From Selaginella moellendorffii (taxonomy: Eukaryota; Plantae; Lycopodiophyta), in NCBI RefSeq assembly GCF_000143415.4, contig NW_003314299.1:914063-978062 (forward strand): a DNA stretch of 64,000 nt. Direction: 5' to 3'. The translations under genes were made by a program, and so were the position numbers. Of this stretch, positions 12,313 to 25,954 are shown one piece after another. How positions within the stretch are numbered: the first letter of the stretch is position 1; every line of letters begins with the position of its first letter. Below the pieces are notes generated by a model. That model had not been told where the DNA came from. It made no database searches and was given only the letters and a program-made list of their open reading frames with translations.

Positions 12313-14600
12313 CCTATTCTAAAGATTCCTACTTTGAAGTGTGTGAATGATGTGGAACACTTTTTGGGCAAGATGTAATATTTCAGTTGTTTTGTGGATT
12401 ATATTTTTGATCACACTAAACTATTGTGAGTGTTACTGAAGTCATCAATGTCATCTTTCATCTAGTTTCTGAATTGTGAGCGTGCATTCATGGATATCAA
12501 AGAGCTATTGATGACTCCTCTAGTTTTGGTATATCCTGAATAGACTCGACATTTTATTTTGCGTATGGATGCTTCTAATATTAATCTTGGAAGTGTGTTG
12601 ATTCAAGAAAGCCTAAGTGTGTCTGGTCAATGCTATCCTATTGTGTATATAAGTTGTATATTACAACTAACAGAAGTGAACTACTCCACAATAGAGAGGG
12701 AGTGTTTAGTAGTAGTCTAGGGTTTCAAGAAACTTCATCCATATTTACATGGTTCTCGAACGTTACTAGAAGGTGATCATAATGCCATTACTTCATTATT
12801 GAAGTGGGAGAACTTAGTTGGTCATACTATTTGGTGGGCTTTGAAGCTTTAGATATATGATTTTGATGTTATTCATCACCTAGAGAGTTTTATGGCTGAT
12901 GCTGATGCTCTTTCTCAAAATCCTCTTCCCTCTTCACTTTCTTCTCATGTTTCTAATGAGCTTGTTGTTCTAACATTTGTGAACTTTCTAAATGAGGATT
13001 TTGTGCCATCAGCGGTGGTTGTACTTAAAATTCAATGTCCACAAGATGCAAAGCAAGATCTACCTTCTTTTGATGAGGTTCACGAGGCTCAAAAGATTGA
13101 GCCATGGATTCAAAGGCTTCAAGATGGGTTTAAGAATCCTACATCATTTGCTGATGACTTGCCATTTTGGCATTTGCAATTTCAATATCGCTTTGAAGAC
13201 AGTCTTCTTTATTTTGAGGGGATAGATTCTGATGATCACTTATGGCTGGTGGTGCCCTCCATCTTTATTCTATGGTTTCTTCATGCCTACCATGATTTTC
13301 CTATTCTAGGTGGGGATATAGAACATTGTCATATGACTGAGAAGCTATACATGTCTTTCTATTGGCTAGAAATGTGACGTGATATTATATAGTATGTGTG
13401 TAGCTGCGTTTGGTGCCAAGCTAGTAATACTCCCCCTTATGCTACAGAAGGATGGTTGAAGTCAATTGCAATTTCCTGTTTATTTACATTTGTGGCATTT
13501 GATCTTGTGGGACCTTTTCCATGATCAACTACTGGCAATGAATATATTATTATTGTTTCTGACTATTTGACTCGTTGGGTGGAAATTGGTGCTCTTGCTA
13601 GTGCCTCTGCAACTACTGTTGAATACTTCCTCCTCAATTGAGTTGTGTTCCAGCATTTTTGTCTATAGCGGATTCTTTTGGATAATGATCCCACGTTTAT
13701 AACTGAGGCATTTCATATTTTGAAGTCTCAGCTAGGGATACACCACACTTTCACAAATGCTTATCATCCATAGTCAGATGGTTTGGTGGAACAGCTCGTT
13801 TGGACATTCAAAGGAATCATTGTGAAGTACATGAACTTTTAGTATTCGGATTAGGATGGTTATTTGCCATCTCTTCAGTATGCATATGTCACAGAGGAGC
13901 AAAGTTCTGTTAGTGTTTCACCATATAAACTTACATCCAATATTATCAATAGAGCTGGGTTGACCTTTGTGATTGCCATAAGCTGTCGATACTAGGTCGT
14001 GGGATCAGTATTTCACGAGTATTTTTCCACTTATCTGAGTAGAGTCTGCCGAACACTTAGGCCATGTACAATTGGGACAACAACAGTGTTACAACTCTTA
14101 TCATCATCCACCTTTGGAGTATAAAATGGATGACTTAATGTTAGTCCATTTTCCCTATTTTATATTATGTGGTTTATCTAAAGGGCTCTTTGCTCAGTGG
14201 AAAGGACCATATCAGGTGTTGTGGCAAGTTGAACCACAAGTTTATGAGGTTTGGCATGATGTTTAGTAGGCTGATCCTCCAGTAATTGTGCATGTACAAC
14301 AGTTGAAATACTTCATACAAAGGGATCAAGAACAATTGATGCCACCTATAAGTTTGCTGATGCCTCCTCCTAACGTTCCTCTAAATCCTAGCCCATCTAC
14401 AATAGAACCTTGATGACCTTCTATTATTTTGAGAGAAGGGAATGATATGAGGTTCAAGTGTATAGTTATGATGTTATATATTAATATTAGCATAGTTGGT
14501 AGCCATTAGATTAGTTTCAATCCAGACCACTTGCTCTTGTATATAAATTAGGGTTTATGGGCTAATTGATATGCACATTTTCTGTATTCCCTTTCCATAT
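12313..14600 (+). mobile_element. Highly degenerate Ty3/gypsy fragment (RNase H, integrase, PPT, start of 3' LTR) from a different family
   Basis: Motifs DASNINLGSVL, NYSTIERECL, FDLVGPFP, DYLTRWVE, AYHP*SDGLVE, WKGPY. Purine tract GAGAGAAGGGAA at ~14431. Confidence 0.8.
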
Positions 14601-14611
14601 TCCATACATTT

Positions 14612-15277
14612 AAGATTAAATTTATTTTAAAATTAAAGAAATGCTTAATTAACTCAGGTTAATTTCTACAGCTAAATTATTTCCAGGAGAAGAAAGAATG
14701 ACCAATTTTAGCTAGGACAACATTCACCTTCCTAGGGCATAGCAACACAAAGTTCAATGTTTACTTATTTACTATTTACACCATTTTATTAGCTGGAGAC
14801 TCATATAAGACTTTAGAGTCTAAATGTGAAAGGTTGTTCATAATCTTCTTTCCCAACTTCTCAAGCCCTAGACTAAGAAAAAAAATTGCAAGGAGCTCTC
14901 TCAAAGCTTTCATTATTGGCTGCCCCAAATCCATTTTCACATGTATCATCTTACTCCATATGTACTTTTAGAGCTTCACTATGTAGATTTTGAGGTAATA
15001 GTCTCTCTAGACTTCCAACTTGAGCATTCCTTGTATGGACTGCCTACACAACAAATTGATATAAACTTGGAGAGAGAGAAAATAAAAGAGATAATATATA
15101 GTGAGCAATGAAAATTCCCAGAATCCTTACTAGCAAATCACACCCTACCTTCATGCTAAACTTTGTTTTATGAAAACCTTAGGCAGGGATGACCACCACT
15201 CAAAAAAACTCCCTTAGCTCTCATTCTAAGGATTCACATCTTTAGCAGGACAAAAGTGTGAGGCAGCACCACTAATT
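14612..15277 (+). repeat. Direct duplicate of ~55124-56080
   Basis: Colinear matches (e.g. CTTTAGAGTCTA.ATGTGAAAG, CAAATCAC(A)CCCTACCTTCATG, GCAGCACCAC..TAATTG) with internal deletions. Confidence 0.85.
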
Positions 15278-15760
15278 GGTGCCAAATCTCTTGAGCCATC
15301 AGTTTCTTTGGATTTTCAAAGATATATTTTGACAATTGAAGAATGCAAATATCCAGTAACTAGTATGCAATGGCATCCCGAGGTATAGCTTTTCTCATTT
15401 TTCACCTCTTTGTTTTGATAATCTCTTGATTTTGCAAAAGAATGCTTTTGAATGCGGATATGAAGGAATACCTCACTCTCTGGATGCCATTCCAATTACA
15501 GTGTGCTGCAGCTTCTTTGTCAGGTAATTCTCTTCTTAAACAGGATAAACTCTCGACTGTTTGTCTGAGTAGCAAGGCTCTGAGTCAAGCCACACAGCTT
15601 CTTGGGAAGAAAAAGAGCAGCTATTGATCTACAACTATTTGCCAATCTATTCTGGACGAGACAGGTACTTACTGCCATCAAAATCTAAAATCGCTCAGAG
15701 CCTCTTTGTATTGTGCTTGTAGGAAGGGACACTTCGATCAATCTTACGTCTTATGGTGAA
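15277..15760 (+). pseudogene. GGH: Gamma-glutamyl hydrolase 3' exons, degenerate copy
   Basis: Motifs YPVTSMQWHPE, KNAFE..IPHS, LIYNY, GHFDQSYV. Inverted paralog of 63460-63943. 5' part missing. Confidence 0.85.
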
Positions 15761-16558
15761 GCAATCTCGTAATACAACTACTGTTATTTTAGCTGAGGTC
15801 TCTAATCCGAGGATGTGCACACTTTTCACAAGGGCAGAATACCCCATTGAATAATCTCAACTGGCTGCTCACTTGCAGCCAGGGAGGAAAAGTACGATAT
15901 TGCAAGTTGTAAGTAATCTGCCCTGGTAGGATGCTGAGAGGAGTTATTAGAGGTGATGGTTGTGGTACACAGAAAACAGCTTTCAGTTCTTCCATCTGAT
16001 GCTTTTCCAGAGCTATAGCTCTCCATGTGGAACCCATAGCTTTGTGAGTTCGCATCTAATTCTATTTATATTCCCTGGTCTTCACGCACTAGTTAAATTG
16101 ATTGCACCATTGGCAACTGTCCGATTGAGTTTAGTTCTTAGTAAGAAACTTATTGATAAACCCATGTGGCTAACGTGGTCTGTACAGTTCTGAAGAAACC
16201 TGTATACTACTTATGTGGGACAAAAAAGTCCTCCAGATTGTACTTGTTCAGTACGGGCTTGCCCTTAACCTCTTCATTAGGCCATTGCTTTCTTTCACGT
16301 GGGCCTTGGACTACGAAAGAGAATGTTCTTCTTTGTTCTGGAAAATAATCAGGATTGGCTCTTTAGCTCTCTGAGTCTAATCATGACTCAATTATTACAT
16401 TAAACACCTTTATTTAGATGATAATTAGTCCTTAACAGAACTCATGAAATACAAAACTAAATTCAAGATAAAAATATAAACACCTTTACCTTTAAGATTT
16501 CATTACAGTACAACTTTGCTATATATATTATGTTTTGTGTATGTTCCTATGCTCAACC

Positions 16559-16849
16559 ATGGCTAGTGTTGTGACAGTGTTGGGGTCTTGGATAGTCAAG
16601 CCCAAAACTCCAACTCCACAGCCCCAGATCCACAAGCTCTCCAATCTCGACTTCCACATCTCCTTTGAGAATTACACCAAGCAAGTCTACTATTCCTGTC
16701 ATCTAGCAGGGATGATCTTGTCACAAGCTTGAGAGCTTCATTGTCCAGAGTGCTTGTCCCATTTTATGTCTTGGTAGGGCAAGTGCATAGGGCAGAAGAT
16801 GGTCACAAGCTGGAGGTGGATTGCAATGACGCTGGTGTCTAGTTTGTGG
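16559..16849 (+). pseudogene. BAHD acyltransferase N-terminal fragment, truncated at an LTR junction
   Basis: MASVVTVLGSWIVKPKTPTP..KLSNLD..LEVDCNDAGV. Inverted paralog of 61565-61856. Frameshifted. Confidence 0.85.
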
Positions 16850-17703
16850 TGCTAGTATCAAGAACCCTTGTGATATTGAGCTTGGTCCTTCATAAATGAT
16901 AGCTTGCCACGTCTGCCAAACACTTTCGCTATTATGCCCTTTGTGTTAATCTCGTTCTGGTCCCAAATGCTATTTATGGAAAGTGTTTAGATTTGCTCAT
17001 TTAACATATTTACGGAATGTAAAGATTGTCTTAAACACAATGGTATTTGTCCCGTATCCAAATTCACAATTTAGGGACATTCCATATTTAGTAAGTTTTA
17101 AACTTGTCCTGATACTAAGGGAGGCTTGGGGTGAAAGCCCAAAGCCCAAAGGATGTGTGGCGGCAGGGGGGCGGGGGGCAAGATTCCAAATGTATAGTAG
17201 GGATAGTGGGTAGGTTGGGCATGGTTAACCAACCTTAAGAATAGTTTAGCTCTTGATTGCATGCCTGTCCTTGTTTTACGTTTGGCTTGGGTTTAAGCCC
17301 AAGTTTCACACCATACTAGTTGGTGGAGTACTTATATCCTTGCATTAGGCCACTGGTATGTTGAAATAGCATTAAACTCCATTTTGCATGCGAGTCCTAG
17401 TATTGGGATGTTGAATGCTCTAGGACTGTTTCAAGTCACTCCGTGCTCCTGTCCTTTCGCTCTTTGGGCTGTACACTCAAGAGTCATTTTGTGCTCTAGT
17501 GCCATCACTCCTTGGTCCCATACTTAGGAGTTTAACTTTATTCCTTCATTTAGTGGCTCAAGGCTTTGAAACTTAGATTCCACACCACTATCCTTTGGAC
17601 ACGTGGTATATAACACATGGCATATAGAGGCTTTAGGTTCCGCTTCGTGATTATCCTATGGTAAATTACTATAGGATAAATGGTGAAAACCACATGCACT
17701 ACA
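16850..17703 (+). repeat. 5' LTR of family A copy 1 (truncated)
   Basis: Homologous to 53423-54307 and to the reverse complements of 22744-23881 and 30671-31362. Confidence 0.85.
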
Positions 17704-18747
17704 TTTGGTATTAAAGAATACGTCTTAGCAAGTACTATCTAATGAGATTGGACAACTAGTTTTGTTGCATATATAGAGATGTAAACGATGATCTAAGTGG
17801 GTACACATTTGGGTGCAAAGGCTTCACAATCGTTCCTTGGATATCAAATTTGGTTACCTTTTGTATTAGATTATATGAGTTTTCATTTGGGCTCATAAGA
17901 TGGATTGAGATATTCCATTTGCACGAGTTTGCGCTTGGGCTCATGAATGAGACATATTAGCAACTTAAACATTTGAGTTGGCAAGATGGATTTGAGGTGT
18001 ACCATTTTGCATAAGTTTGCACTTGGGCTCATGAGTGAGGCACATTAGCAACTCAAGGTTATACTTTGAGTTAACAAAATTAATGTTATCCTATCATTGG
18101 TTCCATAAGTTGTTTTATGTACCATAGTTAAAAGTAAACCTGTTATAAGCAGCAAATGAGTGGATTCGTAGTTATTTAACACGGCACTAGTGGATCCTTC
18201 CTAAGCATGATTATAAATGGATCAATCAAGACTGTAGGAATTAATCTATTAGTTCAAGTAGTTATTGTCGTGCTCTCTTATAAAATTTTCTTGAATTGGA
18301 TTGAAGGCGTGCTAATGCAAGCTTGAGGTTTGGTCAAAGTAGAGTTTGAAAAGAGAGTCATTAGCGACGAAGGATTAAACACATAAATCATTTTCTTTTC
18401 TTGGAAAAGTGATTTACAACTTAGTATTAACTCATTACTCATGCTCACATCATGCAATTAAGAGTCCCTATCTTGATGCATATTATGTATAATGATCTTA
18501 CTAGTGGTGAGTTATGGGATGGATAGCGGAGAAACGCTAAACCATTTTGTCTAGGCTTGCTATTGAAAGTTTGGGTTACAATGCTTAATTATTTTCCGGA
18601 AAACTTTGTTATTACTCCTTGAGTAGCTTGGTGTTGGATTAGTTTTGAGTTTGGTTGGAAAAAGAGTGGCATGAGTTTGTTCGTGTTATGAACAAAAGTT
18701 AGTGGTGTAAACCAGTTTTGTAAATCTCTATTGGTGGAGTGTGGCAT

Positions 18748-18924
18748 TGTTAGAGTGTGGCCATTGAGAGAGAGAGGGAATATTTTGGTCCTTAGAATAT
18801 TCCCCATCTTCCTTGTATAAAACCCTTGCCCCACAAGGGCAAAGGGGGGGCATTTATGGAGAGCATTGAAGCATTTCTTATGTTTGAGTGAGTGTTGGGG
18901 GAGGTGCCCCTCCTTCCCCTAACA
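18748..18924 (+). repeat. 5' LTR of the Tat element
   Basis: TGTTAG...CTAACA, direct repeat of 49254-49439, followed by the PBS. Confidence 0.85.
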
Positions 18925-20236
18925 AATGGTGAACCTAGTGTAACATGCAACACTTTTTGAGGTGTCATTTCTTTCTTTTTCTTTTGGTCGCAAATTTTGG
19001 GAAGCAATTTCTTGTTAGTCTTATAATGGTTTTGTTTGATCTTAGGCGTGTTGGATAGGTTTAGATCTCCTCTTTCCAAAAAGGTATGACACTCATCAAG
19101 CCATGCAGTATTTGAAAAGATACAACATTTCTTGGCTCGGTTGGATGAACATTTTAGGGTTTTCATTTTCTTGCCTAGATCCTCGGCCTAATTTTTCAAA
19201 GTAATGCATTTGGGTTTGTAAATCTCGCCTAGATCTACAAGTAATGGTGATTCTTGGTGCTAGATTTGGGCAAATTGATGACATGCAAAAGGATTTCCTT
19301 CTCCAGCTAGATTAATTCATCTTTGTAGTAGGAATCTGTGCTTCTCCGGGCTTTGTTTTGAATGCCATTTGTTTCTAGAGGTGCTCTTGGTCCTAGGCTT
19401 TCCAAAAATACCAATGGTACCTTAGTATCAATCTACATCAGTGACATGCAATATTGATGTTCTGAGCTACCTCTTCTTGGATTTCAAGGAATATTGAGGT
19501 AGCTTCTTCACAAATTCTTGCGATAAAGGGTAGACAGAGCTGAGCCTTTTCCAACGAGCCCATCAACAGTCAAAATGGAGAAGAATCAAGACCAAAGGAC
19601 TCATTTTTCTCTTTTGGGCTAGGAGTTCCTTGGGAACGAAGCAATCTTTAGGAAGCAAGAGTAGGCATAGGAACAAGAACAAGAGCAAAAACAGGAGTTG
19701 GTGCAAGAGTAGGAGCAGATGCAAGGGTAAGAATTGGTGCTAGAGTAGACGTAGGAGTAGGAGCGAGAGTAGGGGGTTACTGATTACAGGTTACAGGTCC
19801 CCAGTTACTAGTTACTAGTTACTGGTTACTGGTTACTGGCTACTGCAAGAGGTCAGCGGTTACTCTATGGGTCAATGGTTATATGGGCTCCTTTCCATTT
19901 TCACCCTTATTTCTCTTCGTCATAGGCATTTTGGGCAACTTTGAGCAACTTGAGCATAAGTCTACAATCTTTTTGCTCCTATCAGCCCAGTTGCCTTGAC
20001 CAGGCATTTGCAATGTTCAGGGTATTTGATGCCAATACAAACTAGATGTGTGACAAATTGGCACCCTTTTACCATACCTCAAGGCCCTAAAGTACGGAGT
20101 AAACTTTTTAACATCTAAAGGCAACTTAGGTACAACACAGCACCTTCTCATGCCGAGTCCTTTTCATCCTCCACAGATTCCAGTGACTTAGTTCTACGAG
20201 CTATGGCGCAGCCACCTTTAGCTCAACCTTAGCTTC

Positions 20237-22743
20237 ATGTTTTGCAAAAGGGGAGTGATGTCTCAACCTTCTCAGGTGTTGGAACATTCTCCCAAACATC
20301 TTATATTAGTCTACACCATAAACATATACTACACCATAAACATGATCGTCAACAATGATCATATGTGCCATGACTTCTTGCAGCCTCTCGAAGGCAAAAT
20401 AGCAACTTGGGCAAATTCTCTCCTCCTAGAGGATTGTACAAACTTCCAGAAACTACTTACTTCTTTTAGAGAACATTTCATTAAAGAAAAACCCATAAAT
20501 CAGCTACTTGTCAACCTCTTTTCATTTTGGTAGGGTGCTTATGAGTCTGTTCCTGACTACATCACCTAGTTTCGAACATACTGGAAGCAATGTTGGGATC
20601 GCAGAGTGGTCCAAGATGAGCAACAAGGGATCATGGCATTCACAGCGGGTTTGCGTGGGAACTTGCAATGGAAACTTCTTAAGAAGACATTCAAGTCTTG
20701 CCGCGAGGCATTTTCATTTGCCACAAAGCTGGAAAGAGAGCTTCTTGTCAACCTGGGGATTACTAAAGTTGATTTCGACCAAGCCATCACCCTGTCAGAG
20801 TCATTGTGCAGCTGTTCACTTGTCCACACGAAAGTCTGTTGCTATTGAGTATACACCTCCGGCTATTGAGAACTTTGCCAATGAGATGCGGTAGTTGAAG
20901 GAGATCATTCTTCAGTAACAATTACACCATAACAAGCTCCTCCAAGAGCTGGTGGAGTCCAAGAAAGAGGCTGTTACAGCTCAAGAACGCAAATTTAAAT
21001 CCCGTTGGTGCACTCATTGCAAGACAAACACACACAACACACAGTGCTGCTTCAAGCTTCACCCAGAGCTTTGGCCTCCACCTTCTCAATATGTCCAACA
21101 CGTCCTTTGCTAACAATTCCACATCGTCTTGAGGTTCATAGACATATCAGGAGCAGTTGGAGCAATAGGCAATTGAAGTAACCCCTTCATCAAGCAAAGG
21201 CAAAGCACCAGCCTCATTGGTCAACATGATTTTGGTGGCCGAGGAACTCTATAGACAACAACAGCAAACCGCAACCACTCGAGCCCAAGCGAAGAAGGCA
21301 GCCGCTCAACCTGTCATAGATCCCCCGGCGTCAGTTGAGAGGGAATCTCTATTGGCACCAAATCTAGTGACACAGAGGGTGGCTTGTAAGCTCCCCTACA
21401 AGTCACTAGTCTCTTCTCCTTCTGAGATCTCACCATCAACTATTTCTGTTCCGGAGCTGGTTTTAACACTCCTATCACCTTTTCACTCCGAGACATGTTG
21501 TGTCTTGTCCTGGGATTTGGCCAATGCTTAGAGGAGTTTGCATGATCAAGAACACCAGAGAGCACTCTCAAGAGGACTCCTCAAGAGGTGCACATTGTCA
21601 ACATGACAAGATATGGTGGAGAGCCTGGTCCATTCTTCATCCCGATGCAGATTAGTACTTCCTCTTGTAAGATGGATGCTTTGGTTGACTCCGGTTCTGG
21701 AAGCAGCATTATCTCTCTTTCCCTTTTAGCCCAACCCTTTTAGCACAGCTATAAATCACTAAGAGCTCCTCTATTGTGCTCAAAACCTTCGGCAACCACA
21801 CTATTCCCCTAGCAAGCATTTGCTGTGGTGTCAAAGTCTCAGTGCAAGATATTATTTCTGAGGTAGATTTCCTTGTAGTTGACTACCAATGTCTTGGAAC
21901 GTCCTCTTTGAAGGATTCTATCATCCTTGGCTGCTCATGGCAAGTCACAGCCCATTACACCATTGACAGCGTGCAAGGCAAGATGGAAATTAGCAATGGA
22001 ACCCATAACACCACCTTTCTCAACAACCATGGTAGAGCTCTTTCTCAGCAAGCCCAAAAGGCTCAAACTAAAGTGGTCTCCACACCATACTTTCCTCCTA
22101 AGCTCATAGAGGTATTTCCCAAGTTGGCGGTGGAGTGGACCATTTATATGATAGATGCTTTCTCATACAATGCAATTGACATTGTTGGAGGTGAGTCAGA
22201 TAGCTCAAGACATCTCTCAGCCTCACTCTCTCTATTTGAGAGTAAGGTCAAGCCTCTAGCCACACCCTCTTTATTTGATGGCGGGGCTTATAGGGTATGG
22301 GCTCCCATATCCAGCTTTTTAGAGTGTTTCTCGATAGAGGAAGGGTTTCTTGGTTTGTTTCTTGCATGGGACCAACTCTCTCTTATGGATCTTGATGACA
22401 CAGTCACTCCAGACCATATCCATCTTTCACAGGACACAGCCGAACTCAAACCTCCTCAGCAACTATCTGAGACAAAGGATGACATCCAAACACACAATTG
22501 GTAGAAAGAATCAAGTAAATTAGACATATTGCATATGAGTTATAGCTCTTTGAGTTCAGAATTTCCTACTGTGGAGTTCCTGGTCCAAATCCAAGTGTAT
22601 TACATTGAAACTTTAGCACCAGACTTAGACTCGACTTCAGTGGAGGATCTTCCTTTACTTGCAGAGTACTTGGCTACAGTCTTCATATCAAACATTGAGC
22701 ACTTAGAGCATCAGAAGCAAAGAGAACAATAGACAAAGACTTT
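20237..22743 (+). pseudogene. Tat gag, zinc knuckle and protease (degenerate)
   Basis: Retrotransposon-gag-like helices (FQKLLTSFREHF; MAFTAGLR), CCHC knuckle, DSG protease and IILGCSW. Confidence 0.75.
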
Positions 22744-23881
22744 TGTAGTGCATGTGGTTTTGACCCTTTATCCTATGGTGATTTACCATAGGATAACACC
22801 ACAAAGAAGCACCTAAACCGTCTTTATGCCACGTGACACATGCCATGTGTCATATGCCACGTGTCCAAAGGACAGTGGAGCGGAACCCAAGGTTCAGGGC
22901 CTTGGGCCACTGAACGAAGGAATGGTGCCAAACTCTTAAGCATGGAGCCAAGGAGTGACGGAACCAGACCACAGAGCAACTCCTGAGCATACAGCCTAAG
23001 GAGCAAAGGGACAAGGGCCCAGAGTGACTTGGAACAGTCCTAGAGTAACCAGCATCCCAATGCCAAAACCAACACGCAAAACGGAGCCAAATGGAGTTTG
23101 GCGCTATTTCGGCATACCGGTGACCTAACGCGAGGACATGGGTACTCCACCAGCTAGCATGAAATGGAACTTGGACTTAGACCCAAGCCACACGCAAAAC
23201 AAGGACAAGCACGCAAGCGGGAGCTAGACTATACCTCAAGTTGGTCGGCCATGCCCGACCTACCCACTATCCCTACTATACATTTGGAACCCCCCCCCTT
23301 GAGGAACAACACGCTTTGGGTTTTCACCCCAAGCCTCCCTTAGTATCAGGAGTTAGTCTCTGGGATAAATTCGAAACTTACTAAATATGAAATGGCGCTA
23401 GATTGCGAATTTGGACATGGGATGAACACCATTGTGTTCAAGACAATCTCTACATTCCGTCTATATGCCAAATGAGAAAATTTGGATACTTTCCATAAAT
23501 AGCATTTGGGACCGAAATGAGACTAACACTAAAGGCATGATAGCGAGGGTGTTTAGCAGACACAGTAAGCTATCATCTAGCGAATATTGAAGGACGAAGC
23601 TCAATATCGCGGGGGTTCCCAAACACTAACAAGTGCAAGTCAACAATATGAGTTTCTTGTCACCGTGCCAAGTATGCTTGACTAAATGACAACGTAGGAT
23701 TTCCTTCCTTAGTGCCCTTTTGGTCTGTGCACATGTGATGACTAGTTTCTCAACTAGCTTAGGCAGAGACTGATAACGGGTTCAGCAATACCGACCTCCT
23801 GCCATCGTGGCAGTAAGGTAAGAGTGCTCGTAAGGACTAGCCAACAAGTAACTTTTGATACCCGAAGTCACATTCGCAACA
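22744..23881 (-). repeat. 3' LTR of family A copy 2 (~1.14 kb)
   Basis: TG...CA ends, adjacent PPT, closely similar to the split 5' LTR. Confidence 0.9.
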
Positions 23882-24101
23882 CTCTCCCCCCCTAGGGAAG
23901 ATCGACGTCCTCGTCGATGCATACTCGAGTCTAGAATACCGCCAAGGAAACAACTCCAAAAAAAGTTCACGGTATTCACACTATGTGAGAAATGCACCAA
24001 CTTAAATGAGTGAGGGGTAACCTCTTTGTCTAACGCGGATGCGCTACCAACTCAGACACTTTCCAGCTGTCGCCGACAAGGAAATGACCAACAAAGGCAG
24101 C

Positions 24102-25954
24102 TGTAAGCGACTAATTTTTCCATTCTACTTTAGTCACTTAACCACACCTCCGACCACTTGGAGGAGTCTCATTCACAACCTCCATAAGCCCAACTCAGGA
24201 CTTGGGGCTTGCTAGCCCCGAGAATGGCATCCATGCCACTCAACCTTAGCACTTGGTCCAAGTGCTCCATGTGTCCGATCCCATGATCGACACCCCAAGG
24301 TACCACCGACATATCGGCCCGTTACGCTAAGGCCATGCCCATTTACCTCGGTCACACTGGTGGTCCAACACCACCTACATTCCAATCCCGTCTCTCAAAG
24401 ACTGGGTCATCCATCCATGAGTGATCATCCCAGATCCACTCTTTAACATCCTTAGGATGCTTACAGGCATGGGGAATAGCCTTCCCCAATATCTCTGTTC
24501 CGGTCCCCACCAAGTCCCTTTCTGTCCTTGGCTGTGTTCGCCAACACTGCCACTGGATCGAGGCCCACCAGCCCGACCACTAAGTCCCACTATCCTCTAG
24601 GACTTCCTCACTGTGTGACTGTGTCCTTGGTCACTACCCCAGAGGACTGCTCCTCTTCCTTTCCACAGTCTGGGCCTTTGGGACAACATTTCGGAACACC
24701 GTGGCCTTACGCGAGCCACCTGGGTACTCTCCTCGCCTTCTGCCCTTGGGTGCTCTAGCCATGGGCTTAGAGTGGGTTCCGTTGAGCCACACCAGGTATC
24801 CAAGTAGGTAGTGCCACCCACACTTGGACTGGGAGCATCGGCCAGTCGATCTCCCGGGGGAACTAGAGCCGGCTCTTGAACACTTCACCAAGCTACCCCG
24901 CTTGTCGGTCCGTGTTCACTCTAGTCTTGGACTTCCCAGTGGGCAGCTCATCACCCAACACTGGGTCCGGCCTTCCTGGGCCAAACTGGCCTTTCCTGGC
25001 CAAACTGGCTCCACTGCAGTCCTCCCCCTACTATACTTTTGGAGCTCACCAAACCCCCCAGGGTCTGGGAGACGAACGCTTTGGGCTTTCACCCTCTCAG
25101 ACTCGAACTCGGACTCGGACTCGGACTCGGACTCGGACTCGGACTCGGACTCGGACTCGGACTCGGGCTCGGGCTCGGTCTCGGCCTCGGCCTCGGTCTC
25201 GGTCTCGGTCCCGATCTTCGTCTCGGTCTCGGTCTCGGTCTCGGTCCCGGTCTCGGTCTCGACTTCGGACTCCATCTCGGGTCCATCTCGGACTCCATCT
25301 CGGACTCCATCTCGGACTCCATCTCGGGTCCATCTCGGGTCCATCTCGGACTCCATCTCGGACTCCATTTCGGGTCCATCTCGGATCCACCTCGGACTCC
25401 ATCTCGGACTCCATCTCGGACTCCATCTCGGGTCCATCTCGGACTCCATCTCGGGTCCATCTCGGACTCCATCTCGGGTCCATCTCGGGTCCATCTCGGA
25501 CTCCATCTCGGACTCCATTTCGGGTCCATCTTGGGTCCACCTCGGACTCCATCTCGGACTCCATCTTGGACTCCATCTCGGGTCCATCTCGGACTCCATC
25601 TTGGGTCCATCTCGGACTCCATTTCGGGTCCATCTCGAACTCTATCTCGGACTCCACCTCGGACTCTAACTCAGGTCCTTCTCGGACTCCACTTCGGACT
25701 CCAACTCGAGTCCATCTCAGACACTTCCACGTGTCATGTGTTGGTCCTTTTGGGGTCCCTTTTTGGAGCCTCGCTTTTTGCTCGCTTCGTGCTCGTTCCT
25801 CGAGCACTTCGTTGGGAGTTCCACTCCCGCTCTTGACTTTTCAAGTCGGAGCTTTTGGTCCAAACGTGTTACGCTCGTTTGGCTCTCGCTTCGGCCACTA
25901 CCATGTGGCGCCCTTCCGGCTCCACTTTGGGGCCTAGGGATTTTGTGTCTCACA
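24102..25954 (-). mobile_element. Solo LTR related to the chromovirus LTR at 9748-11188
   Basis: TGTAAG...CTCACA ends, with a perfect 5-bp TSD GCAGC (24097-24101, 25955-25959). The insertion is absent from family A copy 1 at ~53205. Confidence 0.9.
25100..25720. repeat. Tandem hexamer/dodecamer array (CTCGGA)n, (CTCGGT)n, (CTCCATCTCGGA)n inside the solo LTR
   Basis: Directly visible; produces spurious open frames on both strands. Confidence 0.95.

Noticed and set aside
18748-18924. Treating the gag-pol at 20-48 kb as belonging to the 1.1-kb family A LTRs
   Set aside because: It has its own short LTRs, PBS and TSD, and family A copy 2 shows the empty site
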